DNA from: a virus
DNA: 64,000 bases
IMG/VR virus record: IMGVR_UViG_3300013830_000222
Span: 2,140-66,139 of that record
Reading direction: 5' to 3' (one strand)
Shown: piece by piece, positions 56,522-64,000 of the stretch
Position numbering within the stretch: the first letter of the stretch is position 1
How the letters are laid out: each line of letters starts with the position of its first letter
Notes under the pieces: generated by a model
The model's input: the letters and a program-made list of their open reading frames with translations, nothing else
Told to the model about the DNA's origin: nothing
Databases searched by the model: none
Position numbers and translations under genes: made by a program

Positions 56522-56619
56522 TATTCTTCTACACTGAATATATATGTCTATATATTCTTAGAATCGTTACACTCCCGAATTAGGTAGGGCTTAAACGCCC
56601 GCCCTACCTATTCGAGGAG
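56522..56619. other. candidate replication origin of prophage 2
   Basis: AT-rich AATATATA-TGTC-TATATATT, followed by a TAGGTAGGGC...GCCCTACCTA hairpin, directly after the primase gene. Confidence 0.45.
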
Positions 56620-56671
56620 CGCAACGGTGACTGAATGGTTTGGAGGAGCGCCGAAGAGGAAGAGGTGTAGA

Positions 56672-57082
56672 ATGCATTTTTTTATCGAAATGAATCCGCC
56701 GACCGCGACGGCACAGGAAAAGAAGGTCACGGTTGTGGGCGGGAAACCAAGATATTATGATCCGGCCCCGGTGAAGGAGGCAAGAAAGAACCTGACTGGG
56801 AGGCTGATCTTCCATAGACCGGATGTGCCCATAACAGGGCCCGTGGCGCTGACTACGATCTGGCTCTTCCCGAAGGGGAATTCCCATAGGAACGGAGAGT
56901 GGCGCAGCACGAAACCGGATACCGATAACCTGCAGAAGCTCCTGAAGGACTGCATGACGAAATGCGGCTTCTGGAAGGATGATGCGCAGGTGGTGCGTGA
57001 GACAGTCGAGAAGCGCTGGTCAGATGACCCGGCGGGTATCTATATCGAAATCGAGGAACTGGAGGTGGCCAATGAGAAATAA
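56672..57082 (+). CDS. rusA: RusA-family Holliday junction resolvase
   Basis: KPDTDNLQKLLKDCMT...WKDDAQV. Confidence 0.9.
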   Translation: MHFFIEMNPPTATAQEKKVTVVGGKPRYYDPAPVKEARKNLTGRLIFHRPDVPITGPVALTTIWLFPKGNSHRNGEWRSTKPDTDNLQKLLKDCMTKCGFWKDDAQVVRETVEKRWSDDPAGIYIEIEELEVANEK

Positions 57083-57530
57083 CCGGAATGCGGAAGGCTA
57101 TTTTGATCCGACTGCTGGGATCGCCATTTCCAGAGTGACAAGGCAGGAGAGAAAGGCACAGAAAAAACAGTACCGTCCGCTGGTGTATCTTTGCAGCGCC
57201 TATGCAGGTGATATGGTGCGGAACATTCTCGCGGCGCAGGATTACTGCCGGTTTGCTGTGAAGGAAGGATATATCCCGGTGGCGGCACATCTGCTGTTTC
57301 CACAGTTTCTGAAGGATGAAGATCCGGCGGAGCGGAAGATGGGGCTCTTCTTTGGAAACATCCTCATGGATAAATGCGATGAGGTCTGGCTGTTTGGGGA
57401 AACCTTCTCTGCCGGAATGCAGGCGGAGTATGACCGGGCCAAACGGCGCGGATACAAGATCCGCCGCTTCACGAAGGACTGTCAGGAACTGACGGGCCAG
57501 ATCGGAGGTGGAGGCGATGGATCCCTATGA
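57072..57530 (+). CDS. DUF4406-like (nucleoside deoxyribosyltransferase-like) protein
   Basis: PLVYLCSAYAGD, CDEVWLFG...S.GM..E. Confidence 0.8.
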   Translation: MRNNRNAEGYFDPTAGIAISRVTRQERKAQKKQYRPLVYLCSAYAGDMVRNILAAQDYCRFAVKEGYIPVAAHLLFPQFLKDEDPAERKMGLFFGNILMDKCDEVWLFGETFSAGMQAEYDRAKRRGYKIRRFTKDCQELTGQIGGGGDGSL

Positions 57531-57726
57531 GAGACTGGCAAACGCAATCATTCTGCAGGCGGTGAAGGACTGGCGAGGCGCGATGGTGCGGCTTAGGAAG
57601 CGGCCCAACAATCATGATGCAGAACGGATACGAAATGAAACAGAGAAGTTCTTTCTCTCGGGCTGGTTTGGTGTCCTTACCAAGCTCGATGGGAAAGCAT
57701 TACTTCGGAAGCTGAAGGAGGAGTGA
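57517..57726 (+). CDS. conserved phage hypothetical protein
   Basis: YERLANAIILQAVKDW...EKFFLSGWF. Paralog of 9429-9668. Confidence 0.78.
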   Translation: MDPYERLANAIILQAVKDWRGAMVRLRKRPNNHDAERIRNETEKFFLSGWFGVLTKLDGKALLRKLKEE

Positions 57727-58187
57727 CCAATTTGAAAGCAAAGGAATATCTGAAGCAGGCATACAGGCTGGATCAGCGGATCAACAGCAACATCAAGGAA
57801 GTCGGTGAGCTGCGGGCGATGGCAGGCAGCATCTCCTCCCCACAGCTCTCGGCAGATAAGGTACAGACTTCCCACAATGGGGATGCTCCCTTCGAGCGGG
57901 CTCTTGTGCGGATCTGGGAGATGGAGGCGAAGATCGATGCGGAGATTGATCTGTATGTCGACCTGAAGAACCAGATCCGGGAGGTGATCAGCCAGATTGA
58001 CAACGTGGATGAGCAGATGGTGCTCCGGTACCGCTATATCCATAACAAGACCTGGGAGCAGATCGGGATGGAGCTCTTTGTAGATAAGAGTACCGTGAAA
58101 CGCTGGCACGATACAGCGCTCACCCATGTGGTGGTGCCGGAAAATCCGATCCTGATTTCCCAGCTTGATGAAAATGAGCCGCTTTAA
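57723..58187 (+). CDS. ArpU/RinA-like late activator (DUF1492-like)
   Basis: AKEYLKQAYRLDQRINS, RYI..KTWEQI. Confidence 0.82.
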   Translation: MTNLKAKEYLKQAYRLDQRINSNIKEVGELRAMAGSISSPQLSADKVQTSHNGDAPFERALVRIWEMEAKIDAEIDLYVDLKNQIREVISQIDNVDEQMVLRYRYIHNKTWEQIGMELFVDKSTVKRWHDTALTHVVVPENPILISQLDENEPL

Positions 58188-58400
58188 GCCGAAATGAGCT
58201 GGTGAGAATTATGATATAGTACAATCAGCAAAAAAGATGGAGCAGGGCCTCGGAAGAAGATTTCCGGGGCTTTTGTTTTGAAAAAGACCAGGATGAGCCG
58301 GTTTGAGCCGAAATGAGCCGGTCGCATTCATGATATAGTACAATCAGCGAAACAAGATGATCAACAGCCTCGGGGACAGAAGTCTTCCGGGGCTTTCTTC
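58174..58400 (+). repeat. tandem 119-bp duplication of a late promoter plus hairpin
   Basis: ATGAGCCG x3 ... ATGATATAGTACAATCAGC ... GCCTCGG..CCGGGGCTTT starting at 58174 and 58293. Confidence 0.8.
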
Positions 58401-58413
58401 ATGAAAGGAACAG

Positions 58414-59490
58414 ATGATGAGAATACTGACCTGCGAGCAGGTGAGCGAGGGCCATCCGGATAAGATCTGCGACCAGATCGCCGATGCCATCGTGACGGAC
58501 TGCTTAAACCACGACCCGGATTCCCGGGTGGCGATCGAGTGCCTGATGAAAGACCGGCACATCATTATCGCCGGGGAACTGACCAGCAAACAGGAGCCCG
58601 ATTACAAAAAGCTCGTGAACGATGTCTTTGAAAAGATCAGATGGGAGAAGATGGGCTACGGGAATCCTGCCATGTACGCAGGCCCTGATATCGGCCTTCT
58701 GGTAAAGCGCCAGTCTCCGGATATCGCGCTTGGCGTTGATAAGGGCGGTGCCGGTGATCAGGGAATCATGTACGGCTATGCGACGAATGAAACACCGGAG
58801 CTCATGCCGATTCCCTTTATGGTGGCGACACGCTTCCTGCAGATCTTAAAGAACCACCCGAGCCGGATGTTCCGGGCGGATGCCAAGGCCCAGGTTTCCT
58901 ACGATTATGATACCGGACGAATTACGACCTTCCTCTGCAGCGTCCAGCATAGCCCGGATGTGGAGGTAGCAGATTTCCGGCATATCATTGAGTCGATCAT
59001 GGTACTGGCCGCATCCGAGTATGTACTGAATACGGACTTTGAAAAGCTGGTCAATCCGACCGGCAGGTTTGTAATCGGAGGCAGCTTTGCAGACTGTGGC
59101 GTGACAGGTCGGAAACTGGCCTGTGACACCTATGGAGGTATCGGCCATATCGGTGGTGGTGCCCTGTCCGGGAAAGACCCGACGAAGGTTGACCGGTCTG
59201 CAGCCTACATGGCTCGGAAGATTGCAAGGGATATTGTGCTTTCCGGTTATGCGGATAAGTGCGAAGTACAGCTGGCATACGCCATTGGCGTGACGGAGCC
59301 GGTTTCTGTGTATATCGATCTTTTCGGTACGGAGTTCCAGAATCCGGAATTCATCCGCCGGTACGTGCAGGAAAACTACGACCTCACACCAAGGGGCATC
59401 ATCCGGGAACTGGGGCTTCTATCCGTCGATTACAACAAGACCAGCACCTACGGACACTTCGGGAAGCAGGGCCTTCCGTGGGAGGCGTAA
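58414..59490 (+). CDS. metK: S-adenosylmethionine synthetase (phage-encoded)
   Basis: GHPDKICDQI, GAGDQG, NPTGRF, GGGALSGKDPTKVDRS, YGHFG. Confidence 0.95.
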   Translation: MMRILTCEQVSEGHPDKICDQIADAIVTDCLNHDPDSRVAIECLMKDRHIIIAGELTSKQEPDYKKLVNDVFEKIRWEKMGYGNPAMYAGPDIGLLVKRQSPDIALGVDKGGAGDQGIMYGYATNETPELMPIPFMVATRFLQILKNHPSRMFRADAKAQVSYDYDTGRITTFLCSVQHSPDVEVADFRHIIESIMVLAASEYVLNTDFEKLVNPTGRFVIGGSFADCGVTGRKLACDTYGGIGHIGGGALSGKDPTKVDRSAAYMARKIARDIVLSGYADKCEVQLAYAIGVTEPVSVYIDLFGTEFQNPEFIRRYVQENYDLTPRGIIRELGLLSVDYNKTSTYGHFGKQGLPWEA

Positions 59491-59855
59491 TGCCTGCCCA
59501 TGTAAGGGTGCCCTGTAAGCACCCGGGGTGTGCGGCCCTTATACCCTATGGTTCTAAGTACTGTGACGCACACAAAAAGCTCCACCCGGAAGAGACTCGG
59601 TCGGCTTCGAGCCGGGGGTACGGTGCCGCGTGGCAGCGGGAGAGCAGGCGTTTCCTTTCGATGCCGGAGCACCGGCTCTGTGAGGAGTGCTTAAAGGAAG
59701 GACGCTACGTCAAAGCAACGGTGGTGGATCACGTCGTTCCGCACCGGGGAGATCCGACGCTCTTCTGGGATCGAAGCAACTGGCGCGGCCTCTGCAAGAG
59801 TTGTCACGACAAAAAGACCGGACGCGAGGACAGCCATCCCACGTACCACTACTGA
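59490..59855 (+). CDS. HNH endonuclease
   Basis: LCEEC...VVDHVVPHRGD..LFWD..NW..LCKSCHDKKT. Confidence 0.92.
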   Translation: MPAHVRVPCKHPGCAALIPYGSKYCDAHKKLHPEETRSASSRGYGAAWQRESRRFLSMPEHRLCEECLKEGRYVKATVVDHVVPHRGDPTLFWDRSNWRGLCKSCHDKKTGREDSHPTYHY

Positions 59856-59875
59856 AGAAGCTCTGAGGGCAGCCC

Positions 59876-59967
59876 CGGGGGCCGGGTATGAATCTCTAAA
59901 AGGCCAGTCCCCACAGACCGCCGCCCCCTCTCGCGTTCATTTCCGCGAAATTCATAGGGCGGGGGTC
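59876..59967. other. probable cos packaging region of prophage 2
   Basis: Same blocks as 10611-10697, directly after the HNH gene. Confidence 0.6.
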
Positions 59968-60207
59968 AGGCTGTTCCGGACGGCAACGAAATGATCAGCA
60001 TCTGAGTTTCTCCTTCTCAGATCAAAAGGCGTGAAACTGTAGGAAAAACCTCAGGTTTCGCGCCTTTTTATGTGCCCGGGAGGACGAAACAGCATAGACG
60101 AAATTGATCCATGCGGGGGTAAAACTACCTCCGCATTTTTATACCTGTTTTGAAGTAAATCCGCGAAATCCATAGGGGTTTCATTCACACAAGGGAGGTG
60201 CGCGTAC

Positions 60208-60546
60208 TTGGTGGATTATATCGAAGTCGACATGAAGGAATTCATCGCCGGGTGCGCGAAACGATTCTGTCCGACCTGCGGGCAGGAGATCGAAATAGAC
60301 AAAAGCGGACACACCCTTGTTGGCAGGCCCCGGAAGTTCTGCTCGGATGCCTGCAGACAGAAATTCTGGAAGGCGCACCCGAAGGTGGAGGTGTGGGCCT
60401 CCTATGAACAGAAGACCTGTCCGGTGTGCGGCGGGCTGTTTTTTGCCCAGCATGAAAACCGGCGGGAGCGGAAATATTGCAGCCGTGCCTGTGCCAACCG
60501 GGGACGGGCCGGGAAGGGAGGCAGAGATGATGGAAGCGTTTTGTAA
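60208..60546 (+). CDS. Cys-rich zinc-finger phage protein
   Basis: CPTCG...KFCSDAC, CPVCG...KYCSRAC. Confidence 0.75.
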   Translation: MVDYIEVDMKEFIAGCAKRFCPTCGQEIEIDKSGHTLVGRPRKFCSDACRQKFWKAHPKVEVWASYEQKTCPVCGGLFFAQHENRRERKYCSRACANRGRAGKGGRDDGSVL

Positions 60547-60700
60547 CCTGCTGCTTCTTGTCGTGTTCGTCGCCGTTATGATCCTGTGGATCACGGCGCT
60601 TGTCGATAGCGATGGCAAGTGTCATCTGGAGGATTGTACCGGGTGCCCGTACCGGCATGACTGTCAGGAGGAGAGGAGAAGGAAAGATGAAGACTGCTGA
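60527..60700 (+). CDS. small membrane protein with Cys-rich tail
   Basis: Hydrophobic helix followed by C..DC.GC...C; overlapping start and stop codons with neighbours. Confidence 0.55.
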   Translation: MMEAFCNLLLLVVFVAVMILWITALVDSDGKCHLEDCTGCPYRHDCQEERRRKDEDC

Positions 60701-61952
60701 ATTAAAAGTGCTGCCGGTATCCGTACTCAAACCGGCAGAGTATAACCCGCGTAAAAAGCTGAAACCGGGTGATAAGGAATACGAGAAGATCAAAGCCTCC
60801 ATTCAGGAATTTGGTTTTGCTGATCCACTGGTGGTAAACGCGGACATGACGATTATCGGCGGACACCAGAGACTCACCGTAGCCATGGATCTCGGTTACA
60901 CCGAGGTGCCCTGCGCCGTGGTGGATATCGATAAAGTCCGGGAGAAGGCATTAAACATTGCGCTCAATAAGATCACCGGCGCATGGGATGAGAACCTGCT
61001 GGCCGATCTTTTACAGGACATTCAGGATTCGGATTTTGATCTCGGGAAGACCGGCTTTGATCCGCCGGAGATCGAGACCCTGTTCAATAAGGTACACGAC
61101 AAGGCAGTGAAGGAAGATGACTTCGATGTGGAGTCGGAGCTGAAGCAGCCCGCATTTTCGAAGAAGGGCGACATCTGGATGCTTGGCAGGCACAAAGTAC
61201 TCTGCGGGGACTCGACCCTACCAGAAAGCTACCAGACCCTGCTTGGCGATGTGAAGGCCAACATGGTTCTTTCGGATCTTCCGTACTTTGTGGCCTACCA
61301 CGGGACGGCGGGAACCATCCAGAACGACGACCTGAACGACGCCGATGCCTATGATTTCACCCTGAAGGCGATGAAGTGCATGGCGGATGTGCTGGCCGAT
61401 GACGGCAGCATCTATATCTTCCATGCGGATACGAAAGGGCTGATCTTCCGCAGGGCCTTTGATGAGGCTGGTTTTTACCTGTCTGGCTGTTGCATCTGGA
61501 AGAAGAACGCGCTCGTGCTGGGCCGCTCCCCGTATCAGTGGATGCATGAGCCCTGCCTGTACGGCTGGAAGAAAGACGGGAAACACCAGTGGTATTCCGA
61601 CCGGAAGCAGACGACCGTCTGGGAGTATGATCGTCCGAAGGCGAACAAGGATCACCCGACGATGAAGCCGGTGGCGCTGATGGCCTATCCCATTAAGAAC
61701 AGCACCATGACAAACGGCATCGTCCTTGATCCTTTCCTCGGGAGCGGCAGTACCCTGATCGCCTGCGATGAGACAGACCGTGTGGCTTTTGGCATTGAAA
61801 TCGAAGAGAAGTTTGTCGATGTCATCGTGAAGCGGTATATCCAGATCCATGACGGCGACTACGCAGATGTGTTCGTTATCCGCGATGGCCAGAAGCTGAA
61901 GTTCGACGAGGTAGCATCTTTCGAGCCGGAAGGCGGTGAGCCACTTGAGTAA
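60687..61952 (+). CDS. ParB-domain N6/N4 DNA methyltransferase
   Basis: YNPRK..IIGGHQR (ParB), SDLPY, HPTMKP, DPFLGSGST. Confidence 0.92.
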   Translation: MKTAELKVLPVSVLKPAEYNPRKKLKPGDKEYEKIKASIQEFGFADPLVVNADMTIIGGHQRLTVAMDLGYTEVPCAVVDIDKVREKALNIALNKITGAWDENLLADLLQDIQDSDFDLGKTGFDPPEIETLFNKVHDKAVKEDDFDVESELKQPAFSKKGDIWMLGRHKVLCGDSTLPESYQTLLGDVKANMVLSDLPYFVAYHGTAGTIQNDDLNDADAYDFTLKAMKCMADVLADDGSIYIFHADTKGLIFRRAFDEAGFYLSGCCIWKKNALVLGRSPYQWMHEPCLYGWKKDGKHQWYSDRKQTTVWEYDRPKANKDHPTMKPVALMAYPIKNSTMTNGIVLDPFLGSGSTLIACDETDRVAFGIEIEEKFVDVIVKRYIQIHDGDYADVFVIRDGQKLKFDEVASFEPEGGEPLE

Positions 61953-62532
61953 CGTGACCTACCACTTTGAAGGCGATACCGGGATCGGGACACTGCCGGA
62001 CGGGACAAGGTTCCTCTTTGATGCCGACAAGTTCGACCGCATCCGGGATACCAAGTGGTACCGGAATTACCGGAAGCCTGGGAGTAGGAGGCTGTATCTC
62101 ATCGACCGGAAAGGCAACTACCTGCACCGGGTGATCACCGGCTGCCCGGAAGGCTATGAGGTCGACCATATAAGCCTCGATACGCTGGACAACCGTTCCT
62201 GCAATCTGCGGATCGTGACGCACCAGCAAAACCAGATCAACCACTCCCTGCAGAGGAACAACTCAAGCGGTGTGTCCGGTGTGGACTTCTATCCCCGGAA
62301 CGAGAAATACCGTGCCCGGATCAAGGTCTCCCAGCAGGAGATCCACCTTGGCTACTACGATGATTTCGAGGAAGCGGTGCAGGCCCGGAACGTCGGCATG
62401 GAGTGTATGTTTGGCGAATACGGAAGATACAACGATGTCCAGGAGCCGCCGGGCTGGATCAGAGAAGATGTGGAATCACGCTGCAGACGCTTCGCAGACC
62501 TGTCGGTTTGCGGGGCGTTTTCTTCTGCCTAA
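61936..62532 (+). CDS. HNH-AP2 homing-type endonuclease
   Basis: LHRVI...VDHI..DTLDNR.CNLR, NSSGVSGV, HLGYY...EEAV.AR. Confidence 0.85.
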   Translation: MSHLSNVTYHFEGDTGIGTLPDGTRFLFDADKFDRIRDTKWYRNYRKPGSRRLYLIDRKGNYLHRVITGCPEGYEVDHISLDTLDNRSCNLRIVTHQQNQINHSLQRNNSSGVSGVDFYPRNEKYRARIKVSQQEIHLGYYDDFEEAVQARNVGMECMFGEYGRYNDVQEPPGWIREDVESRCRRFADLSVCGAFSSA

Positions 62533-62534
62533 GA

Positions 62535-62564
62535 TGCACAAATGCTGACCGGAAGATTTGTGCA
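62535..62564. promoter_or_regulatory. inverted repeat upstream of a promoter
   Basis: TGCACAAAT-N12-ATTTGTGCA just upstream of TTGACTTGCT. Confidence 0.5.
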
Positions 62565-62665
62565 CGAATTCTGCAGAATTGACTTGCTATCTGTCCGCTT
62601 CAGAGTGATGAATACACTACCCAAAGAAAACCGGCCTCCGGGCCGTAAAAACAAGGAGGTACACT

Positions 62666-63487
62666 ATGAAAGCGAACTACAACGTAACAGGCGAGGACAG
62701 GAAGCAGATGGTGGCGATCATCAGCCGGGAGGCAGGCGTGCAGGCAGTCTACACCAGGATGCCCGAATGTGCCTACATGATCGACAGCATGAAGGTTACA
62801 AAGACCGGCGAGCTTCTCTGGGACGACCTCACGGACGCGGATCTGATCGGGAAGATCACGGCGGCCCTTGCTGCAGCAGGCTTTACCACGCAGGCGGAAG
62901 AGGATCCTGAGACGGAAGATGCTGCCGAGACTGCCGGAGATTCCGCAGAAGATGCGGGCATCGAAGGGCTGACCATTTCCTTCCCGAGGGCGGATTTCAC
63001 CGAAAATGCGCTGGCCAACCTGACGGCCCTGATCGCATCGAAACAGACGCTGATCAAAAAGGCCCTGCAGTCGGACAGCCTTGAGATGAAGCTCGACGAT
63101 GAGAAGGTTTCCTTCCCCTGGTGGAACGGGATGCCGACGCCGGAGCAGATCGCAGCCTACACCGAATTCCTGACGGCTCTCGTAAAGATGGCGAAGGAAG
63201 CGAGGCGCGTGACGGCAAAGGAAAAGGCAACTGAGAGCGAAAAATACACCTTCCGGACATTCCTCCTGCGGCTGGGATTCATTGGCGCAGAGCACAAGCA
63301 AGCCCGAGCCATCCTGATGGAGCACCTTTCCGGGCATGCCGCCTTTAAGAATCAGGCGGACGCCGACGCCTTCTATGCAAAGCTGAAGGAGAAGAAGGCT
63401 GCCACAAAAACAACTGTGGCGGAAACGACCGAGCCGGAAATCGCCGATGCTGCAGAGGAGGGTGAAGACGATGAGATTTCCGAATAA
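62666..63487 (+). CDS. conserved phage protein ('virulence protein'-type)
   Basis: FPW.., EKYTFRTFLLRLGFIG.E.K.AR..L...LSG..AFK. Confidence 0.78.
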   Translation: MKANYNVTGEDRKQMVAIISREAGVQAVYTRMPECAYMIDSMKVTKTGELLWDDLTDADLIGKITAALAAAGFTTQAEEDPETEDAAETAGDSAEDAGIEGLTISFPRADFTENALANLTALIASKQTLIKKALQSDSLEMKLDDEKVSFPWWNGMPTPEQIAAYTEFLTALVKMAKEARRVTAKEKATESEKYTFRTFLLRLGFIGAEHKQARAILMEHLSGHAAFKNQADADAFYAKLKEKKAATKTTVAETTEPEIADAAEEGEDDEISE

Positions 63488-63704
63488 AGAGACGGTGGAG
63501 CGAATCCGCCGGATGTACCCGGCAGGCACGAGGGTGGAGCTTCTGGCTATGGACGACCCAATGGCTCCGCCAATTGGCACACTCGGAACCGTTCTAAGCG
63601 TCGACGATATGGCCAGTTTGATCATGCGCTGGGACAATGGATCGGGCCTCAACGTGGTCTGGCAGCAAGACCGCGTGCGGAAGGTGGATGATCCGGATGC
63701 CTGA
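63471..63704 (+). CDS. DUF4314 protein
   Basis: YPAGTRVEL..MDDP...GTV..VDD...WDNGSGL. Confidence 0.88.
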   Translation: MRFPNKETVERIRRMYPAGTRVELLAMDDPMAPPIGTLGTVLSVDDMASLIMRWDNGSGLNVVWQQDRVRKVDDPDA

Positions 63705-63873
63705 GAGAGTGAAGGAACAGATCCTTGAGATCCGCGCCACAGGCGAGACGAACATGTTTGACCTGCTGGTGGTGCAGCGGATGGCTTATGAGCGGGATTA
63801 CTTCGAACTGGTCATTTTTCTGGAGGAGCACCCGAAGGAGTACGTGCACTTCATCCTGACCGGGGAGGGCTGA
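63697..63873 (+). CDS. DUF5049 protein
   Basis: KEQILEIRATGETNMFD..VQR.A...Y..FILTG. Confidence 0.88.
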   Translation: MPERVKEQILEIRATGETNMFDLLVVQRMAYERDYFELVIFLEEHPKEYVHFILTGEG

Positions 63874-64000
63874 TTCCCAAAGCCAGAGGAGCCGGAGACG
63901 GCTCTTTTGGTCGTGATAAATAGTGAATGCTCAATAAATAAAGTCCCTTTACTCAAAGGAAAATGCCGAAAAATATGATATAATCATTGCAAAGATATTC

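Larger units (their letters stand above)
49235..64000 (+). mobile_element. Prophage 2, regulatory / replication / early packaging region (left boundary uncertain, may include the RM-umuC block; continues right of window)
   Basis: Co-oriented phage replication genes, RusA, ArpU-like activator, metK, HNH, cos-like site, methylase, DUF4314, DUF5049. Confidence 0.85.

Noticed and set aside
60068-60095. Hammerhead-like GAGGACGAAAC
   Set aside because: The required upstream CTGANGA core and flanking stems are absent.
1-64000. CRISPR array, tRNA, rRNA, reverse transcriptase/DGR
   Set aside because: No regularly spaced repeats with unique spacers, no cloverleaf or rRNA signature, and no RT motif seen by eye.

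Overview
The window is almost entirely mobile DNA from a Firmicutes (Clostridia-like) genome. (1) 1-903 is the right end of an IS21-family element (istB, a passenger ORF, and a terminal array of 23-bp repeats ending in CA) inserted into a phage DNA polymerase A gene. (2) About 904-39170 is prophage 1, an HK97-type siphovirus. It has a polA/SSB/DUF2800 operon divergent from a P4-type primase-VRR-NUC-SNF2 operon, an iteron origin, HNH-cos-terminase, portal/ClpP/capsid/tail genes, holin and GH25 lysin, and three tandem large serine recombinases. It carries three low-GC cargo cassettes: HTH-ImmA peptidase + DUF4411 PIN; MarR + nitroreductase + a sirtuin whose catalytic His is replaced by Gln; and a WYL protein resembling the Cas13d accessory WYL1 followed by a 586-aa protein with an RNGFFH HEPN motif. 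(3) The right end of prophage 1 appears to lie inside a type I hsdR gene exactly at the helicase DECH motif. It is followed by intact hsdS, hsdM, an Mrr-like nuclease, an mrr remnant, an unknown gene and a yolD-umuC-immA-HTH cassette. (4) About 49200-64000 is prophage 2, a relative with a different replication module (gp157, AAA, DUF669, SF2 helicase, PriCT-2 primase, RusA), plus metK, HNH, cos and a DNA methylase; it continues beyond the window. The best candidates for undescribed biology are the CRISPR-less WYL1-like + HEPN module, integration into hsdR as a possible restriction on/off switch, the Gln-type sirtuin cassette, and an exact bipartite motif (AGCGGAA-N10-CGGGGGAACTTTAAGGA) linking the replication and recombinase operons. 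All family assignments come from motif recognition by eye; no database search was run.
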